Positions 1-8,875 of a DNA stretch of 64,000 nt are shown here, in pieces; positions within the stretch are counted from its first letter, which is position 1; each line of letters starts with the position of its first letter. Made by a program: the position numbers and the translations under genes. Below the pieces are notes generated by a model, which saw nothing but the letters and a program-made list of their open reading frames with translations, was not told where the DNA came from and searched no databases. The DNA is from a virus (lineage: Duplodnaviria; Caudoviricetes), in the IMG/VR virus record IMGVR_UViG_3300032301_000632, positions 14,136-78,135 of that record. One strand, 5' to 3'.

Positions 1-771
1 AAAGAATTCAAAGCATTTGAGGTGTATACATTACAGACTTGGAGAGAGCAAGCTAAGAAGACTATTACAGATTATTGTGCTAAACATAATCTAAAAGTAC
101 CAAACAGATACACTTGCGTTAAGCCTAGTGGTACACAGTCTTTATTAACTAATGCTAGTCCAGGTTGGCATCCACCAAAAGCCACTCGATTTATAAGACG
201 AGTAGGATTTGCTGCTTATCATCCAGTAGCACTTGCATGTTTAGATTATGGCTATAGTTGTATACCAAATGTTAACTGTACTGATGATGAAGGGAGATTG
301 CTGGATGATATCTACGACCCTAGAAGCACAGAATGGTTAGTAGAAATACCTGTAGAAATGCCCTGGGCATCTGTTGCTGAAGGTATAGACCCTAATCAAT
401 TCTCTGTGAAAGCACAATTTGATTTCTTCATGACAGTACAAAATAACTGGACTACTCATCAAACAAGTAGTACTATTGAATTACGAGAACATGAAGTAGA
501 AACATTGGGGACTCTAATATATGAAGCAATTCAGTTCGATCAGGGTTACGTATCAACTGCTATTCTTGGCAGATTTGATAGCAATGCTACTTTCCCTCGC
601 TTACCTTATGAGCCAATTGAGTTAGATGTATACAATCAACTTTTAGCAGAAGTAGAAACCCGCCGTAAAGCTAATTCTTTTAAAGAAGCTTTAGACAAGT
701 ATACAGTTGATTCACAGTCGGTAGATTATGGGCCTAATGCCTGTGATGGTGAAAAGTGTGAACTTCGCTAA
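1..771 (+). CDS. nrdJ: Class II (adenosylcobalamin-dependent) ribonucleotide reductase, C-terminal part; 5'-truncated by the window edge
   Basis: The frame is open from base 1. It contains TCVKPSGTQSLL...ASPGWHPP...FIRR and a terminal GPNACDGEKC cysteine pair typical of monomeric RTPR/NrdJ enzymes. Confidence 0.9.
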   Translation, partial: KEFKAFEVYTLQTWREQAKKTITDYCAKHNLKVPNRYTCVKPSGTQSLLTNASPGWHPPKATRFIRRVGFAAYHPVALACLDYGYSCIPNVNCTDDEGRLLDDIYDPRSTEWLVEIPVEMPWASVAEGIDPNQFSVKAQFDFFMTVQNNWTTHQTSSTIELREHEVETLGTLIYEAIQFDQGYVSTAILGRFDSNATFPRLPYEPIELDVYNQLLAEVETRRKANSFKEALDKYTVDSQSVDYGPNACDGEKCELR

Positions 772-795
772 TTATTTAAATTAGCACTATATCCC

Positions 796-826
796 GTGGG
801 AATACTATAGTATTCCCACTTTTTTT
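796..826 (+). terminator. Rho-independent terminator after nrdJ
   Basis: Perfect 10 bp stem GTGGGAATAC-tata-GTATTCCCAC followed by T7. Confidence 0.85.
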
Positions 827-841
827 ATCCAAACAAAAAAG

Positions 842-1834
842 ATGAACCAAAAACTAATAGAAACAATGCAACGTCCTCTTTTACTTATAGATAGTGAAGG
901 AGGTATTATTTCAGTATCAGAAAAAGTAGGTAAACAACTAGGGTCTTTTGTTGGGTACTTTATTTACTATTTCCTTATACCTTTAATGACCGCTTTTATC
1001 TACACTATATATGTAACAATGCAACAAATTAAACAACTACGAAAATCTCATCTACTATCTATAGCAAAAGTATTTAATCTAAAAATTAGCAGTCTAGACA
1101 CCAAAACTACAATCGAGCATAAACTTGTAGAACATTTAGACCAAAAAAAGAATGCATCTAAATATGATGATTTAATGAATTTAAATCAAATAATAGAACG
1201 TAAGCAATCTGAGTTTACTGAAGGTGATAATCTAGCAGCAGTAAATGCTGAGCAAGAAGATGAGGCTATAATAGAACAGCAGTATTTAGCAAACATTAAT
1301 AGCATTGACATATACAATAGCTCATACGGCGGTGACTTCTTTGGGTCTGATAGAGAACTAAAGGATGTATACAGTAGATATTTAACAGATTGGCTTGAGT
1401 TAAATTCTGTTTTTAGCTTAGATGAATTAAAAGTTGCATATAGAAAAGCAGCGGGTAAACATCACCCTGATAAATGGGGAGACTCTGAGTTATTCACATA
1501 TATCACTGAATTTTATAAAGCTATTTTACATACGTGCTTTGAAAGAGAGAAAGCTAAAAGAGTATCATCACTAGGTTTAGTACCAACTTATATTGTGTTA
1601 TCAGAGATTAACCCTATACAAATTGAAATAAATAAAGTCCAAAATTTACTGACAAAAATAGCATCCGAGAAGTTTAATCAAAGTAAAAACAGAATTGAAG
1701 AAGAAGACAAAAAAAGAGAAGCTGAATTTGAGAAAAATCAGCAGGAAATTTTAGAAAGTTTAAACGCAACAAAATTGGCTAGAGCTAAAAATCGTGAGAT
1801 TTTAGAACAGCTAAACAAATTAAAAACTAAATAA
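842..1834 (+). CDS. J-domain (DnaJ-like) protein with N-terminal hydrophobic segment and coiled-coil C-terminus
   Basis: LDELKVAYRKAAGKHHPDKWG matches J-domain helix II and the HPD motif. A hydrophobic run FVGYFIYYFLIPLMTAFIYTIYV lies near the N-terminus. Confidence 0.7.
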   Translation: MNQKLIETMQRPLLLIDSEGGIISVSEKVGKQLGSFVGYFIYYFLIPLMTAFIYTIYVTMQQIKQLRKSHLLSIAKVFNLKISSLDTKTTIEHKLVEHLDQKKNASKYDDLMNLNQIIERKQSEFTEGDNLAAVNAEQEDEAIIEQQYLANINSIDIYNSSYGGDFFGSDRELKDVYSRYLTDWLELNSVFSLDELKVAYRKAAGKHHPDKWGDSELFTYITEFYKAILHTCFEREKAKRVSSLGLVPTYIVLSEINPIQIEINKVQNLLTKIASEKFNQSKNRIEEEDKKREAEFEKNQQEILESLNATKLARAKNREILEQLNKLKTK

Positions 1835-1895
1835 TGTTGATAATTATATACAAATACTTAATCTATAAACTTACGTCTACATAGGTAAAATTAGA

Positions 1896-2396
1896 ATGAA
1901 CTCACAAAATATTATCGCTGACCCATGGTTTGACTTAGACAATAACTCTGACAACTACAACTTAGAATTAGTCGCTGACTATATAGCCCAAGAAGAGCAA
2001 TTATTATCTGAAATAGAAGAGCTAAAACAAAAAGAGCTGTCGTACATTAAGAGAATAAAAATACAAGATGATAAACTCTCAAAAACCCATGTAGTTTGGG
2101 ATTTATTTATTGGTGAGGAGAGTCACACCTCTCTTAAAGAAAGACTAAATAAAATAATTATACACGTGATAAAAGTTAAGGTATCTAAATGTAAACGATG
2201 TGAGCTACTAAAAGAAATAGAATTAATTTGGAAAGCTCACCCTTTAGATAAACCTCTATACAATAATGCCCAACAAAAACTAGTTGTTCTAAATATAATT
2301 AGTCAAATTCTACAAGACTTAAAACACCAGCAACTTGTATTTAATAAAGGTCAACGTTGGTCTTTAGGCTCTAGTTGTATACACGTTTATCATTAG
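1896..2396 (+). CDS. Hypothetical protein, coiled-coil N-terminus
   Basis: 166 aa ORF in the co-directional gene block; no motif recognised. Confidence 0.6.
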   Translation: MNSQNIIADPWFDLDNNSDNYNLELVADYIAQEEQLLSEIEELKQKELSYIKRIKIQDDKLSKTHVVWDLFIGEESHTSLKERLNKIIIHVIKVKVSKCKRCELLKEIELIWKAHPLDKPLYNNAQQKLVVLNIISQILQDLKHQQLVFNKGQRWSLGSSCIHVYH

Positions 2397-2424
2397 AAAT
2401 ATCATAAAAATGATATACTATTCT

Positions 2425-2451
2425 AGGTTTAACAATCGTTAGACCTTTTTT
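2425..2451 (+). terminator. Probable Rho-independent terminator
   Basis: Stem AGGTTTAAC-aatc-GTTAGACCT (one G-U pair) followed by a T run. Confidence 0.6.
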
Positions 2452-2480
2452 GTACCAATACAACTTTACCCATTTTTCTA

Positions 2481-3164
2481 ATGAACGAAATTAAAATTAA
2501 AGTAAAAGACGTTGAGTTTACGCCTAAGCGTGCACATTCTACTGATGCAGCATTTGACCTAAAACTAAATATTGAACAGATTAGTGAGAACTCTAGTTTA
2601 TTACTAACTAGAATTATTCAGTATATGAAACAATGGGGTATCGCTTATCCATATCAAAGCAGCTCAATGCCTAAAGTCTTTATAGACGCTTCTTATTCTT
2701 TTGAGCTAAATAATAAACATGCTCTATCTATATTAGAAGGGCTACATAAAGAAACATATATTGCACTGCCTCCAGGTCAGTATATTAGTCAGCGATCGCA
2801 TGAGCAGCTAACTGAAGGTTTAACTAATGTAGAATTAGTAGGAACAGGGGTCTATCTAGATTTACCTGATGAATACTATGCTCTAGTATTACCTAGGAGT
2901 GGTTTAGGTGTTAAACATCAAATAACTTTAGCTAATACAGTTGGGTTGATTGACTCTAGCTATAAAGGGGAAATTAAGTTAGGGTTACAGAACTTAGGTA
3001 GAAGTATACAGATTTTTACCGAAAGTGGTAAATTAAAAGCTGCTCAATTATTAATCCAACAAAGTGTTAATGAACTACAAAGTATTTTAGCCTTAGACAA
3101 CTTTACAGATTCATTGTCTGATAGTGAACGAGGAGAAAATGGATTTGGTTCTACTGGAGTTTAA
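2481..3164 (+). CDS. dut: Trimeric dUTPase with a large insertion
   Basis: All five motifs are present: AAFDL, PRSGLG, GLIDSSYKGEI, AAQLL, RGENGFGSTG. Confidence 0.93.
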   Translation: MNEIKIKVKDVEFTPKRAHSTDAAFDLKLNIEQISENSSLLLTRIIQYMKQWGIAYPYQSSSMPKVFIDASYSFELNNKHALSILEGLHKETYIALPPGQYISQRSHEQLTEGLTNVELVGTGVYLDLPDEYYALVLPRSGLGVKHQITLANTVGLIDSSYKGEIKLGLQNLGRSIQIFTESGKLKAAQLLIQQSVNELQSILALDNFTDSLSDSERGENGFGSTGV

Positions 3165-3224
3165 TTAGTTTTAATTAATGTCCAGTCTTTCAAAAGTAAA
3201 TTATATACTGCACTTAGAAATTTT

Positions 3225-3695
3225 ATGAGAAGACCTAGAGACTACATGTATATCCCGTACCTAATGATAAGCTTACTAATAATAGCTATTATCATTTATG
3301 ATTTATTAGGTCAGAATAGAACAGAGCGAGGAAATTTTAAAGACTGGGCAGTAATAATTGCTATGGGAACTTGGTTACTCTCAGTTGTGTCTATTCCTTG
3401 GGATATTTTCGGTGATGCTTTAAAGATAAAAGCAGAACACAAAGCTAAACGTATACAATTGACACTTAGACAAGAAAGAACATTAAAGACTATTTCTACC
3501 TGGTCTTTAGTCGTAGCTATTGGTTTACATTTTCTAACCGCCGTAGTATTCTATGTCTTGTATGTATACGGTCTCGTACCAATAGGGGCAATCTTTGCCA
3601 TGGCTGCTTTACTTACAATATTTGTCCGTCCTATGATAGAAATATACTGCTACATAAGCACTGTACTTTCTAACATGCAGAAGACAAAAAAGTAA
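3225..3695 (+). CDS. Multi-pass membrane protein
   Basis: 156 aa with about four hydrophobic segments. The pattern DW..WLL.V.IPW...SL.VAIGLH resembles, from memory, a conserved cyanobacterial hypothetical family. Confidence 0.6.
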   Translation: MRRPRDYMYIPYLMISLLIIAIIIYDLLGQNRTERGNFKDWAVIIAMGTWLLSVVSIPWDIFGDALKIKAEHKAKRIQLTLRQERTLKTISTWSLVVAIGLHFLTAVVFYVLYVYGLVPIGAIFAMAALLTIFVRPMIEIYCYISTVLSNMQKTKK

Positions 3696-3746
3696 ATATA
3701 TTTTTCTGTTGAAGCTAAAGTTCCCAAACACAAACCAGGGTTTCTA

Positions 3747-4055
3747 ATGACAAAACAATCACAAGATATGGCAGAATTTTCAATTTTCAGTATTGAGTTT
3801 TCGTACGAACAAGAAACAGATGATACGCTGATATTAAATACTACTGTAGATTTATCTGTTATTACTCCAGAAGAACTAAAAAAATTAATAATTACTACTC
3901 CAGGATTACTCTCTGTTAAAATCAAAGATCGATACTCAGCTGTAGCAATTAAAGGGGGTCTATTTGATTGGAAACTAAATGGATTAATAAACAAACTAAT
4001 CGATAAATTAACAGAGCTTTTAATAAATCAATATATAGACTCACAAAAGCCGTAA
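3747..4055 (+). CDS. Hypothetical protein
   Basis: 102 aa ORF, co-directional with neighbours. Confidence 0.5.
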   Translation: MTKQSQDMAEFSIFSIEFSYEQETDDTLILNTTVDLSVITPEELKKLIITTPGLLSVKIKDRYSAVAIKGGLFDWKLNGLINKLIDKLTELLINQYIDSQKP

Positions 4056-4121
4056 TTTAGCACGGAGCTTTAAACCATCTAGAAAAATTGTAGTAAAGAC
4101 CAACCAACCATTTTCTATCAT

Positions 4122-4667
4122 ATGAACATATCAACTGAATTGTTTAATGCTGTTAACTTTCTAGCTAATACAGAAGGTACATGGGTATCACAGAGAAGAT
4201 ATTTTGATTTTAAGTCTAAAGTATTAAGAGATTTTCCAGATAATTTCTATGAAATTAAAACTGATATACAGATAGACAAAATGTATAAAGAAGAAAAAAT
4301 ATATCAAAAAATAGTTGATATTCATAAGCTTAATATTGACGATTGCTTATACGGAGTAATAATATACTGGGACAGTTATAATTTAACCACAAAGAAACAA
4401 TCTACACAAGGTACTATGTCAATAGTCATTGATGACAAATATGTCTATAGAGATAGAGAATACAGTACTACCTCTCCTGTCATCTCATCATATACAAGCA
4501 CTACGCCAACATGTATAACAATGATGACTGAATACAACGATACAAACTATACTGAGACAATAAACTTATTCGGAGAGGTTAGAACACGCCAAACAGTAGC
4601 TAAGAAAGATAACGAAATAATTTTAATCGGTCAGTATGTAGAGCAAAGAGTAACTCCTTATATATAA
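4122..4667 (+). CDS. Hypothetical protein
   Basis: 181 aa ORF with a Thr/Tyr-rich, beta-strand-like C-half. Confidence 0.55.
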   Translation: MNISTELFNAVNFLANTEGTWVSQRRYFDFKSKVLRDFPDNFYEIKTDIQIDKMYKEEKIYQKIVDIHKLNIDDCLYGVIIYWDSYNLTTKKQSTQGTMSIVIDDKYVYRDREYSTTSPVISSYTSTTPTCITMMTEYNDTNYTETINLFGEVRTRQTVAKKDNEIILIGQYVEQRVTPYI

Positions 4668-4692
4668 AAGAAATAAGTACGGTATACAAATA

Positions 4693-4720
4693 AAGATAGT
4701 AGCTATAGACACTACTATTT
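4693..4720 (+). terminator. Possible terminator hairpin
   Basis: ATAGTAG...CTACTAT stem flanked by A and T runs, just after the 4667 stop. Confidence 0.4.
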
Positions 4721-4767
4721 TATCTATACATATGTACGGTTATTGAAAATAAAATTAAGGACAAACA

Positions 4768-5748
4768 ATGACACAGTCTGAGAATCAAAAACAAGAATTG
4801 TTCAATCAAGAATTAGCTATGCAACTAATTGAGTCTACTGAAGAGTTTCCTATTGACTTTGATGTAGCATGGCAATGGTTAGATTACAGTCGTAAAGATA
4901 GCGCAAAACGTCACTTTTTGAAAGCTAATTTTCTAAAAGATATAGACTACCGCTCATTCCACACTACTGTGGAGCGAGAAATTGGAGCAACAACTACAGA
5001 AAAAATACTACTTACTGTAGAGTGTTTAAAATTGTGGGCTATGATGGCCAACACAGAGCAAGGATTATTAGTACGAAAATACTTTCTTGAATGTGAGAAA
5101 ATTGCTAAACAGAAAACAACAGCTATAAAACCAATGAGCCAAGCAGAAATGTTTTTCATGGTAGCTGAGACATTGTTAAAACTTGAAAAAGATGCAGCCT
5201 TAACTAATGCGATCGCTATTGAAGCTAACTCTACCGCTAAATTAGCTGACGGCAAAGCAGACCAAGCAAGTGCTGATGCTAAACAAGCTTTACTTGCTAC
5301 AGCCGAGAACTCTCTTGAGGTAGCTAAAAATACTCAAGCTTTAGAAGAACTAAAAGCAGCTATGGTTTCTCTTGAAAACACTGTTAGCAAGTTCTCTAAT
5401 GCTGGTAATCTACAATCTAAACGTAACTTGCTAAATGAATTCATACAGCATTTAGGTATCATACTATCTATCAAATATGGCCTTAGCAAAGATAATGGTA
5501 TGCGTAGAGCATGGAATAGTCTGGGTGTTAAATTGAGAAATTCAATACACAAGTTTGACTTAAACTTGAGAATAGCTAACGAAAAACGTGTGTACAATCA
5601 GCAGCTAGAACAGTGGGAGAAGAATGGTAAACCAAGAGGGCAAAAGCCTAATAAACCAACAAGGTCTGAATTGTTAGAAAACAATCAAAAGTTAGAAGCT
5701 GCACTTGAATGCTGTACATTACTTGCAGCTGAAGTAGTAGTTAACTAA
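4768..5748 (+). CDS. Phage antirepressor-like DNA-binding protein (AntA/AntB-type N-terminus)
   Basis: N-terminal FPIDFDVAWQWLDYSRKDSAKR...VRKYFLECEK; C-terminal ~180 aa paralogous to the next gene. Confidence 0.7.
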   Translation: MTQSENQKQELFNQELAMQLIESTEEFPIDFDVAWQWLDYSRKDSAKRHFLKANFLKDIDYRSFHTTVEREIGATTTEKILLTVECLKLWAMMANTEQGLLVRKYFLECEKIAKQKTTAIKPMSQAEMFFMVAETLLKLEKDAALTNAIAIEANSTAKLADGKADQASADAKQALLATAENSLEVAKNTQALEELKAAMVSLENTVSKFSNAGNLQSKRNLLNEFIQHLGIILSIKYGLSKDNGMRRAWNSLGVKLRNSIHKFDLNLRIANEKRVYNQQLEQWEKNGKPRGQKPNKPTRSELLENNQKLEAALECCTLLAAEVVVN

Positions 5749-5791
5749 GCTTTGTATAAAATTTATTCAACAACACAAAAAAGTACAACTA

Positions 5792-6727
5792 ATGAGCATC
5801 ATATCAAAAACTTTCAATGACCGAGTTATCCGTATTCGCAAAGAAGATAGATACGTATCAGCTACTGACATGGCACAAGCTTGTGGTAAACTATTTGGTC
5901 ACTGGAACACTTTAAAAGCTACAACTGAGTATTTACAAGTTCTTGAACCCGTTATCGGAATTCCGATAACGGAAATAATTGAGATAAATAAAGGAGGTAT
6001 ACCTGAGAATCAAGGTACATGGCTGCATCCCAAAGTTGCATTAAGATTTGCTCAATGGTGTAGTGCCGAATTTGCAGTACAAGTAGATTGTTGGATTGAT
6101 GAGCTTCTGCTTAATGGAACAGTCTCTGTCAAGCCTTTAAGTCCTGGAGAGGCAATGAGAATGTATGCGGATGCTTTAATTGCTTTAGAACAAGAAGCAG
6201 CAGTAACTAAAGCAATTGCTATTGAAGCTAACTCTACCGCTAAATTAGCTGACTCCAAAGCAGACCAAGCTCTACTTGCTACAGCTGAGAATTCTCTTGA
6301 GGTAGCTAAGAATACTCAAGCTTTAGAGGGGCTAAAATTAGCAATGGTTTCTCTTGAAAACACTGTTAGCAAGTTCTCTTCTGCGGATAGTCTTCAATCC
6401 AAGCGAAATTTACTAAACGAGTTTATCCAACACTTTGGTGGTATACTAGCCATTAAACATGGTATTAGTATTGCTGACGGTATTCGTAAAGCATGGAGTA
6501 GTTTAAGTCTTAAGCTGCGTAATTCGGTATACAGGTTTGATTTAAATTCAAGAGTTGCTAATGAGGAACGTGTATACAAGCAACAATTAGAGCAATGGGA
6601 AAAGAATGGAAAGCCAAGAGGTCAAAAGCCTACTAAGAAAACACGACCTGATTTGCTTGAGGATGACCAAAAGTTAGAAGCTGCTTTAGAATGTTGTACA
6701 GTATTAGCTACGGAGGTTATTAATTAA
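5792..6727 (+). CDS. KilA-N domain DNA-binding protein
   Basis: YVSATDMAQACGK...QGTWLHPKVALRFAQWCSAEFAVQVDCWI is a canonical KilA-N pattern. The C-terminus is shared with the previous gene. Confidence 0.88.
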   Translation: MSIISKTFNDRVIRIRKEDRYVSATDMAQACGKLFGHWNTLKATTEYLQVLEPVIGIPITEIIEINKGGIPENQGTWLHPKVALRFAQWCSAEFAVQVDCWIDELLLNGTVSVKPLSPGEAMRMYADALIALEQEAAVTKAIAIEANSTAKLADSKADQALLATAENSLEVAKNTQALEGLKLAMVSLENTVSKFSSADSLQSKRNLLNEFIQHFGGILAIKHGISIADGIRKAWSSLSLKLRNSVYRFDLNSRVANEERVYKQQLEQWEKNGKPRGQKPTKKTRPDLLEDDQKLEAALECCTVLATEVIN

Positions 6728-6767
6728 AGATGGAGAGCCATGTAAAACACTAACCGAAGCTCTAAAC

Positions 6768-7034
6768 ATGCCAGAGGAAGCGTTTGCACATGCGCTACTA
6801 TCATTTACTAATGAGCAGATATTTAGCAATCTAGAAAGCTTAAAGCTAACAACTAGATGGCGTTATGGTTGCTATGGTCCAGAGTTTATACAAGTTCGTA
6901 CAGAAGAAGAAGGACTTATCAGTTATAGATCTATACGTGGTGAGAATAAGCCTGGTATAGGTACCTGTATACAAGAAGCTAAAGATAACTATCTAAGCAT
7001 TATTAATGCATTATCCTCTGAAGTTGTGATTTAA
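6768..7034 (+). CDS. Hypothetical protein
   Basis: 88 aa ORF. Confidence 0.5.
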   Translation: MPEEAFAHALLSFTNEQIFSNLESLKLTTRWRYGCYGPEFIQVRTEEEGLISYRSIRGENKPGIGTCIQEAKDNYLSIINALSSEVVI

Positions 7035-7044
7035 TCTTTATAGT

Positions 7045-7061
7045 CGTGGGGATACCCCACG
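7045..7061 (+). terminator. GC-rich hairpin, possible terminator
   Basis: CGTGGGG-ata-CCCCACG just after the 7034 stop; the following T tract is weak. Confidence 0.45.
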
Positions 7062-7209
7062 CTCTTATTTATGGACAAATATCCGATTTTATATCTAGCC
7101 ATTTTACCGTATGTATACTGTGCATTGTTTTACTTAGCAGCATACTATTTAAGACCTAGAAACATGTGTTCAGTAACTCTTATAATTTTCCAAGTCACCC
7201 TAGGAGTTA

Positions 7210-7476
7210 ATGCTATTATCATGGCCTTTATTACTTACAAGTATGGCTAAACCCCCTGATTACCAAAGGTTAAACAGACGAATAGCTAATCAATACAGAG
7301 ATACTAGAAATAGAGTATTAAACTTACTCACAATGTTCGTAGTAAGTTTTGGAGTTGTTGTGATGATATCACAAGTCCCAATAGTAACCTCGTTTTGTAT
7401 TGTTTTAACATTAGGATGTTTAACCGCATGGCTTGCATTGTTAATAGCCCATATGTATTCACAAGATGATGATTAA
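7210..7476 (+). CDS. Small membrane protein
   Basis: 88 aa with two C-terminal hydrophobic helices. Confidence 0.5.
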   Translation: MLLSWPLLLTSMAKPPDYQRLNRRIANQYRDTRNRVLNLLTMFVVSFGVVVMISQVPIVTSFCIVLTLGCLTAWLALLIAHMYSQDDD

Positions 7477-7529
7477 ATGAGCTATTATTTAAAAAGACTG
7501 TTTTTCTAACCACCAACAAGGAAATAAAG

Positions 7530-7808
7530 ATGAGTAGATTTGAATTTGTTAATGTATACGGTAACGTAGCTAATGATGATAACTGCACAGAAGAGTTAAA
7601 AAGAATAGGTAGAATTATAATCAATACAGATTATGTTATCACCGCCAAACCAATTGCCAACAAAACAGTTGACACAGAAGACCTACTTTATGTAGTAGAG
7701 TTAGATATAAAAGAGACCGAATTTGCTAAAGGTGTTCTAATAACAGACCAAACATCTGTAGAATATATAGTAGAAGAGCCACAGAAAAAGAGTGCAATAA
7801 TCTACTAG
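7530..7808 (+). CDS. Hypothetical protein
   Basis: 92 aa ORF preceded by a purine-rich AAGGAAATAAAG. Confidence 0.55.
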   Translation: MSRFEFVNVYGNVANDDNCTEELKRIGRIIINTDYVITAKPIANKTVDTEDLLYVVELDIKETEFAKGVLITDQTSVEYIVEEPQKKSAIIY

Positions 7809-7851
7809 TTACAATAGAATGGTAGTATTATCTAGAAATTTAATGTAGAAT

Positions 7852-8226
7852 ATGGCTATTAATACATCACTACCATTCAGTCAATCAGTAGGAGGAAGAG
7901 CAGTTAGTATACCAGTAGCTGCTTATCCTGGACAAGTAATTCACCAGTCAATAACCGAAAAAGATTTTATCTGGTTATGGCTTAGCCTACCTAGTTATGT
8001 CCCGTATACAGAATGGGTACACGTTGTTTTAGTGAAAGGAAACCCAGCAGGTGGATACGTTAAAGATAGTTTAATCTATGTACCTGGTGGTCAGAAAATA
8101 TTAGTAGAGAGTGGAACTCTTTTAACCAACAACTGTAATATATATGCTTATATCGACTCAACTAGCTCCTCAGTTACCAATATATCAGTCTCAGCATCAG
8201 GCTATGTACACCGACGGATTGAATAG
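7852..8226 (+). CDS. Hypothetical protein, beta-rich
   Basis: 124 aa ORF with an alternating beta-strand pattern. Confidence 0.55.
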   Translation: MAINTSLPFSQSVGGRAVSIPVAAYPGQVIHQSITEKDFIWLWLSLPSYVPYTEWVHVVLVKGNPAGGYVKDSLIYVPGGQKILVESGTLLTNNCNIYAYIDSTSSSVTNISVSASGYVHRRIE

Positions 8227-8875
8227 TTTAAATAAATATTTAAAGATTGCCGAGTTGGCTAAAGAAGAAGCTGTTTATGCTCATATAGACCTAACAAAAG
8301 AAGGCTATCTAAGTTTTAGATTATTTAACATTGATGATTTAAAGATATATGCAATTGAGGATACAGAGAAATTTATTATTTCTATATCAATGCCAATTAC
8401 TATAGAAAATTTAAGAGTATATTTAGATAGCTCTGAGTATGTCAACATTAATGGGTATACACAATTAAAAAAAATCACAGAAAAAGCAGAAAAAGTTTAT
8501 GACGAGGTAGTCCAACCATTTCTGCATTTGAATCATCAAAAAGAATTTGTGTATACAGGGTTTAGTCTAGGTGGAGCTATATCTAATAGCCTACTTACTG
8601 TAACTCCCCATAATAGCTCAGCTGTTACTATTGGTGCACCACCAATATTTAAAAGTATTAAAACAAAAAAAAGAACTAAATCAGTAAACTATTACCATCC
8701 AAATGATGGAATATCCCAATATAGTATGCCTAGTAGATTACATATCGGTAATCAAGTTCAAATTACTGAGAGTGTTAATCAAAAAATGACATTGTTAGAC
8801 CTACTCTATTTTCATAATTTGAATACCTATAGGGTATCTTCTATTGGGACAAATCCAAACTCACAAACATTTTGA
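8204..8875 (+). CDS. Alpha/beta hydrolase, class 3 lipase-like
   Basis: Nucleophile elbow VYTGFSLGGA, then VTIGAPPI, HPNDGIS (Asp) and FHNLNTY (His). The ORF track starts at 8144; the in-frame ATG at 8204 overlaps the upstream gene less. Confidence 0.8.
   Translation: MYTDGLNSLNKYLKIAELAKEEAVYAHIDLTKEGYLSFRLFNIDDLKIYAIEDTEKFIISISMPITIENLRVYLDSSEYVNINGYTQLKKITEKAEKVYDEVVQPFLHLNHQKEFVYTGFSLGGAISNSLLTVTPHNSSAVTIGAPPIFKSIKTKKRTKSVNYYHPNDGISQYSMPSRLHIGNQVQITESVNQKMTLLDLLYFHNLNTYRVSSIGTNPNSQTF

Noticed and set aside
4947-6579. Two pairs of mutually similar - strand ORFs (4947-5255/6052-6258 and 5334-5597/6394-6579)
   Set aside because: Their similarity comes from the duplicated + strand antirepressor tails, so they are shadow ORFs.
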